Origin: Chloroflexota bacterium | GTDB lineage: Bacteria > Chloroflexota > UBA6077 > JACCZL01 | NCBI GenBank assembly: GCA_030447245.1 | Contig: JAUJPG010000033.1 | Location: forward strand, 1-62,822 | Reading direction: 5' to 3' | DNA: 62,822 bases | Part shown: piece after piece, positions 58,060 to 62,822 of the stretch | Position numbering within the stretch: the stretch's first letter is position 1 | How the letters are laid out: every line of letters starts with the position of its first letter | The notes under the pieces: generated by a model | Told to the model about the DNA's origin: nothing | The model's database searches: none | The model's input: the letters and a program-made list of their open reading frames with translations, nothing else | Position numbers and translations under genes: made by a program

Positions 58060-60425
58060 ATGACAACGCTGGCCCGGCACGGCGTGATGGGCCGTGCCAG
58101 CGCCGTCCGCACGGGCGGCCTGCTCTGGGGCCTGGTTCTGCTGTTCTTCCTGTCGGGCGCTGCGGGCTGGTCTACCAGGTGCTCTGGGTCCGCCTGCTGT
58201 CGCTCGCGTTTGGCGTTACGGTGTTCGCGGTGACCGTGGTCCTGGCGAGCTTCATGGCCGGGCTGGCGATCGGTAGCTTCGCCGGTGGGCGCGTCGCGGA
58301 GCGGCTGCGGCGCCCGCTGTTCGCCTACGGCGTGGCGGAGATCGGCGTGGGACTGATCGCCCTCGCCACGCCGGCCGGCTTCGCCGCGCTCCAGCGGCTC
58401 TACCCGCTGCTGTCGCGCCCGCTCGGCGACGACGAGGCGGTGCTGTTTCCACTCCGCGTCCTGCTGGCCTTCGTGCTGCTGGTCATCCCGACCACGCTGA
58501 TGGGCGCAACGCTCCCGATCATCGTCCGCTCGTCGCTGGCCCACTCGGGCGAGCTGGCCGACCGGATCGGGCTGCTCTACGCGGCCAACACCTTCGGCGC
58601 CATTGCCGGGACGATGGTCGCCGGGTTCTGGCTCATCGGCGACCTGGGGATCAGCCGCTCGATCCAGCTCGCGGCCGCGGTGAACGTGGCGGTCGGCGTG
58701 CTGTCGTTCGGCATGCAGCGCTGGGCCGTGCTTCCGGAGGCAACGCACGAACGTTTGGCCGAGACGACCGAGCGCGGCGCCTTCTCGGCGACCGCCCGCC
58801 GGGTGACGCTCATCGCCTACGGACTGTCGGGGCTGTGCTCTTTCGCGTACGAGGTGGTCTGGACGCGAATGCTGGCGCTCGTCCTGGACACCTCGATCTA
58901 CGCGTTCGTCACGATGCTGTCGATGGTGCTGGTTGGGATCGCCGTCGGCAGCGCCGCGGTCAGTCCGTTCGTCCGGCGACGCTGGAACTGGCCGCTGATC
59001 TTCGCGGGCATTCAAGTGTTGATCGCCGCCGGGGCGCTCTGGGCGATCTGGGCCGTGGCGAACCTGGCCGAGGCCCGCGAGCTGATGGCCGAAACGCCCG
59101 GCCTGCGCCGGCTGGTCGCCTCGCCAGTTCGCCTCAACTTCTTCGTCGCGGCGCTGACGATCCTGCCGTCGACGTTGCTGATTGGCGCGACGTTCCCGAT
59201 CGCCGCGCGGATCTACACGGCGGGCCTGGACCGGAGCTCCGAACGGTTGGGGGAGATCTACTCGGTCAACGTCTTCGGAGCCATCTTCGGCTCGGCGCTC
59301 GGCGGATTCGTCCTCTTGCCCCTGCTCGGCACGCAGCGCTCACTGCTGGTGCTGTCGCTGGCAAGCCTGGGGATCGCGGCGGCGCTCGCCCTGAGCGCCG
59401 AGCGGCCAGCGCGTCCGGCTCGGCTAACCCTGGCGGCCGCGACGTTCGCCGCCTTCGCCATGCTCTGGGTGAGCAAGCCGGACCTGTATCAGGCCCTGTT
59501 CCGAGCGCGCTTTGCGGAGGCCGACGTGCTCTGGTTCCGTGAAGGGCTCGAGACGACCGTGAGCGTCGTCCGTGCCGATGACGGAATCCGAACGCTGTAT
59601 ACCAACAGCCGTGGCCAGGCCAACGACGAGGGCGGCCTGGTGAACTACCACCGACGGATCGCACACGTCCCGCTGCTGGTCAGGCCGGACATTCGCGAGG
59701 TGCTGATCGTCGGACTCGGCGGGGGGCACAGCGCCGGCTCCATACTCCAGCATCCCGGCACGCAGGTCCAGGTGGTCGAGCTCTCTGAGGCCGTCATCGA
59801 CGGGGCACGCCACTTCGCCAACATCAACTACAACGTCGTCGAGGATACGAACCTTCATGTCAAGATCGGCGATGGCCGCAATCACCTGCTGACCACCGAC
59901 CGCCGCTACGACATGATCACCAGCGACACGGTCCAGCCCTGGGATGCCGGCAGCACGAACCTCTATTCGGCCGAGTACTACCGGCTGGTCTTGAACGCCT
60001 TGACGCCGAACGGCGTGATGGCGCAGTGGATCGCGCCCCAGGACGACTACCAGTACAAGACGATGCTGCGAACGTTCCTGAGCGTCTTTCCGCACGTGAC
60101 GATGTGGCTTTCGGCCGACCTGCTGATCGGCAGCCACGAGCCGATCGTCGTCGACCTGGCCGAGACTGCCCGCCGCTTCGACCCGCCGAGCGCCCGAGCC
60201 GCTCTCGCGCAAGGGGGCTTCCGCACGCCCGAAGACCTGGCCGGCACCTTCGTCGCCACGCGGGAGGAGATCGAGGCCTTCGCCGGCCCCGGACCGATCT
60301 TGAGCGACGATCGGCCGATGATCGAGTACTACCGATCGATACCGAGCCGCGGCCAGGGCGACCCGCCCAAGGTCTTCGAGAACGGCTTCTTCAGCCGCGA
60401 TCCGAGCAAAGTCGTCAAGCCCTGA
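58060..60425 (+). CDS. Fused multi-TM / spermidine synthase-like SAM-binding protein (frameshift at ~58165)
   Basis: 'FFLSGAAG/LVYQVLW.R', 'LYAANT.GA', 'YEVVWTR', then 'VGLGGG', 'VEL', 'GDGR..L', 'YD.I.SD', 'NLYS.EYY'; GAGGAG RBS. Confidence 0.85.
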
Positions 60426-60452
60426 CCGCCCGACATGCCCCGCCGGGCGTGC

Positions 60453-61298
60453 CTACGACACGGATGCCTCGGGCGCGGACGCCGCGATGATCCCGCGCAG
60501 CGCGTCGGCCGCTTGCGCGAACAGCTCAGGACCGGAGAAGCCCCCCTGCTTGCCAGCCACCGCCAGGTGCGGCTCGAGCGCGAGATAGCCGCGGTAGCCG
60601 TCGGCCGCCAGAGCCGAGAGCAGCTCGGGGATCTGGCCGTCACCCTGGCCGGGGAGCACGACCGTGCCGTCAGCATGGCGGACGTCTTTGATCTGAACGT
60701 GCGCCAGATAGGGCTTGAGCATCGGGTATGCGTCGTCGTGCGAGCGGGCGCCAACGGCGGCGAAGTTGCCGGCATCGAGCGTCAAGCGCAGGCGCGGCGA
60801 GTCGACCGCTGCCAGCAGGTCGAGGCACCGTTCCGGTCGGTCGCCCCACAGGTCGGCTTCGTTCTCCAGCAGCAACGTGACAGCGGCTCGCTCGGCAGTG
60901 CCGGCGAAGCTCGCCAGCCGGCGCACTACCTCGTCACGGCACTCGGCGTGGCTGGTCCCCTCGCGATAGAAGGAGAAGATTCGGACCAGGTCGACCCCGA
61001 ACGCGCGGGCCAGCCGAAGCGCCTGCTCCAATCGACCCGACTCGAAGTTGGCGTCGCGGCTGATCGGACTCTTGCCGATCGGCGTTGCGATGATCGAGAC
61101 CCGGACGCCGTGCGCGTCGAGCAGGCCGCGCAGCCGCGCGACGTCGTCCGCATCGAAGTCGAGGACGTTGCGATCCCAGGCGCCGCGCAGATCGAGATGC
61201 CGAACTCCCATCCGCTTCAGCGCAGCCAGCTGCTGCTCGGGTTCGGCGGCGATCTCGTCGCCGAAGCCTGAAAGGACGAAGGCCGCCTGACGGGTCAT
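60453..61298 (-). CDS. Sugar phosphate isomerase/epimerase (xylose isomerase-like TIM barrel)
   Basis: 'SGFGDEI', 'PIGK', 'RIFSFY', 'LENE', 'D.GNF', 'IKD', 'G.GDG', 'LEPHL'. Confidence 0.88.
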   Translation of the reverse strand: MTRQAAFVLSGFGDEIAAEPEQQLAALKRMGVRHLDLRGAWDRNVLDFDADDVARLRGLLDAHGVRVSIIATPIGKSPISRDANFESGRLEQALRLARAFGVDLVRIFSFYREGTSHAECRDEVVRRLASFAGTAERAAVTLLLENEADLWGDRPERCLDLLAAVDSPRLRLTLDAGNFAAVGARSHDDAYPMLKPYLAHVQIKDVRHADGTVVLPGQGDGQIPELLSALAADGYRGYLALEPHLAVAGKQGGFSGPELFAQAADALRGIIAASAPEASVS

Positions 61299-61549
61299 AG
61301 CACTCCTCTCGTAGCGACGTGCTTCGCGCACGGACAATCGGCAGGAGCGTACAGGAAGCCGTTGAGCAGGAGTGTGTCCTGCCTACGGGGCATTGATGGG
61401 TGGGGGGCGTGTGCCTCGCCTGGCGATGTGGCGGAACACGCCCCCTCAACCGGCGGGACCGGTTGAATCTGCGTCGGGCGTCTTGAGCACGTCCTCACCG
61501 TGCACCTGTCGCGGTCCTACGAACCCGTGACTGTGTTCTGCTCACACGC

Positions 61550-62230
61550 TCAGGTGCTCCGGCGGCGGAGCCGCTCTGGATCGATGATGGCGATCCTGCG
61601 TCCCCGCCGCTGGATGGCGCCTCGGTCCTCGTACCAGCCGAGCACCTTGTTCACGCTCGCGCGAGTCGCCCCGATCATCGCAGCCAGGTCCTCCTGGGTC
61701 ATCGGCAGCTCGATCTCGACTGCCCCGTCCGACGACCGCCCATGGTCGGCCGCGAGCTCGAGCAGCTTCTTGACCAGCCGGCCCTCGAGGTCGAGGAAGA
61801 TCAGATCGGCGAGCCCTTCGTCGGCACGACGGACCATCTCAGCCAGAGCGGTGAGCAGCCGCTCCATGGCCGCGGGGTTGGCGCGCAGGACCTGGAGCAG
61901 GTCCTTACGGGCGAGGCTGACCGTTTCGATCGGTTCCAGGGCCTCGATGGTGGCCGATCGCGGCTGGCCGTCGATCATCGAAAGCTCGCCGAATGCATCG
62001 CCAGGCCCGAGGATCGCCAGCACCGCCTCCTCGCCAGATTCGGCGTCGAGAACGACCTTGACGCGGCCCGCCTGGAGCAAGTGCAGCGAGTCGCCCGAAT
62101 CGCCCTGGTGGAACACAACCTCGCCTCGGCGGTAAGTCCGTCGGCGCGCCGCGCGGGCGAGTCGTTCGAGGCTCTCGACGGGGAGACTGCTGAGGAGGGG
62201 CGAGCGGGCCAGCGTGTCGGCGGTGATCAT
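61550..62230 (-). CDS. Crp/Fnr family transcriptional regulator
   Basis: cNMP domain 'FGELS..DG.PRSAT'; HTH 'TQEDLAAMIGATRASVNKVL'. Confidence 0.93.
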   Translation of the reverse strand: MITADTLARSPLLSSLPVESLERLARAARRRTYRRGEVVFHQGDSGDSLHLLQAGRVKVVLDAESGEEAVLAILGPGDAFGELSMIDGQPRSATIEALEPIETVSLARKDLLQVLRANPAAMERLLTALAEMVRRADEGLADLIFLDLEGRLVKKLLELAADHGRSSDGAVEIELPMTQEDLAAMIGATRASVNKVLGWYEDRGAIQRRGRRIAIIDPERLRRRST

Positions 62231-62397
62231 CGCCTCTCCGCCATGTCCGGGCAGCGCGCCGTGGCGGCGCCTAATGTCGGCAATCTTACAGCTTTTGTGT
62301 CACAACCATGATAGGCCCGACTCTTGCATCGACGTATGCTGTGAGCGAAGCCGAAAAGGCGCACGATCCGCGTGCGACTCACCCAGGAGCCCCCGTC

Positions 62398-62655
62398 ATG
62401 AGCATCGCGAGCTTGAACCAGCCACCTTCGGACTTCGCACCCAGCGCGGAGCGAGTGTACCCGAGCATTGAGGATCTCTTCGCGCGCGCCGAGCTGGCCG
62501 AAATCAGCAGCGACCTCGACCGCGCGCTGTCACAGAATCTGCTTGCCTCGCAGCTGCGCTTCGACCTCGAGGACGCGCTCGACGCGGCGCTGGTCGACGA
62601 CGACCTGCGGCATCTCAGCATGGCCGAGGAGCTTGCCCGCCTGCTCGCCGCCTGA
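62398..62655 (+). CDS. Small acidic helical hypothetical protein
   Basis: AGGAG RBS before ATG 62398; GC3-rich codons; divergent from crp. Confidence 0.55.
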   Translation: MSIASLNQPPSDFAPSAERVYPSIEDLFARAELAEISSDLDRALSQNLLASQLRFDLEDALDAALVDDDLRHLSMAEELARLLAA

Positions 62656-62767
62656 GCCTGACGCTCCCGTATAATCCGAGAGCCGGCCCACGCGCCGCGC
62701 GGACGGGCCCGGCGTCTCCATCCCACACGGCGATCTCCCGCCCCGGCACCCACGGGCGGGCGCGCTC

Positions 62768-62822
62768 GGGCCCGTAGCTCAGTGGCAGAGCAGGGAGCTC
62801 ATAACTCTAAGGTCGCAGGTTC
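62768..62822 (+). tRNA. tRNA with CAT anticodon, probably tRNA-Ile2 (elongator Met possible), truncated by window end
   Basis: GGGCCCG acceptor 5' strand, TAGCTCAGTGGCAGAGC D-arm, CTCATAA anticodon loop, GCAGGTTC start of T-arm. Confidence 0.85.

Noticed and set aside
62768-62822. Initiator tRNA-fMet
   Set aside because: It starts with G rather than C and lacks three consecutive G-C pairs next to the anticodon loop.

Overview
High-GC bacterial chromosomal window, probably Chloroflexota (inferred from Ala/Pro-rich 'APAKPAEA' linkers on lipoprotein solute-binding proteins, SH3b proteins, an FlgD-like lipoprotein and LLM oxidoreductases; not confirmed by search). It holds about 55 mostly metabolic and transport genes, including yajQ, a DUF4258/YgiT toxin-antitoxin-like pair, HMG-CoA lyase, csaA, kynA, four ABC systems, otsA, birA, rdgB, an acyl-CoA catabolic run, an Fe(III) ABC operon with a DtxR-like operator, crp and a truncated CAT-anticodon tRNA. 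The assembly looks like unpolished long-read data: about 9 genes are frameshifted, and ~47.0-52.4 kb is an inverted copy followed by a badly degraded forward copy of 42.5-46.8 kb, most likely a fold-back artefact that splits an ECF sigma gene. The best candidates for new biology are: (1) a translationally coupled ECF sigma-Ogt-2OG oxygenase-Ada Zn domain operon followed by a DinB-fold gene, possibly an alkylation response without AraC-type Ada; (2) nearby hydrolases with substituted catalytic residues (nitrilase Cys->Ala, amidohydrolase without HxxE, MBL fold with altered metal ligands); (3) a nested repeat locus at 55 kb; (4) an unassigned ~225-nt structured RNA candidate at 34.1 kb; (5) a 26-aa membrane micropeptide coupled to a small zinc-finger gene. 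All family calls come from motif recognition, not database searches.
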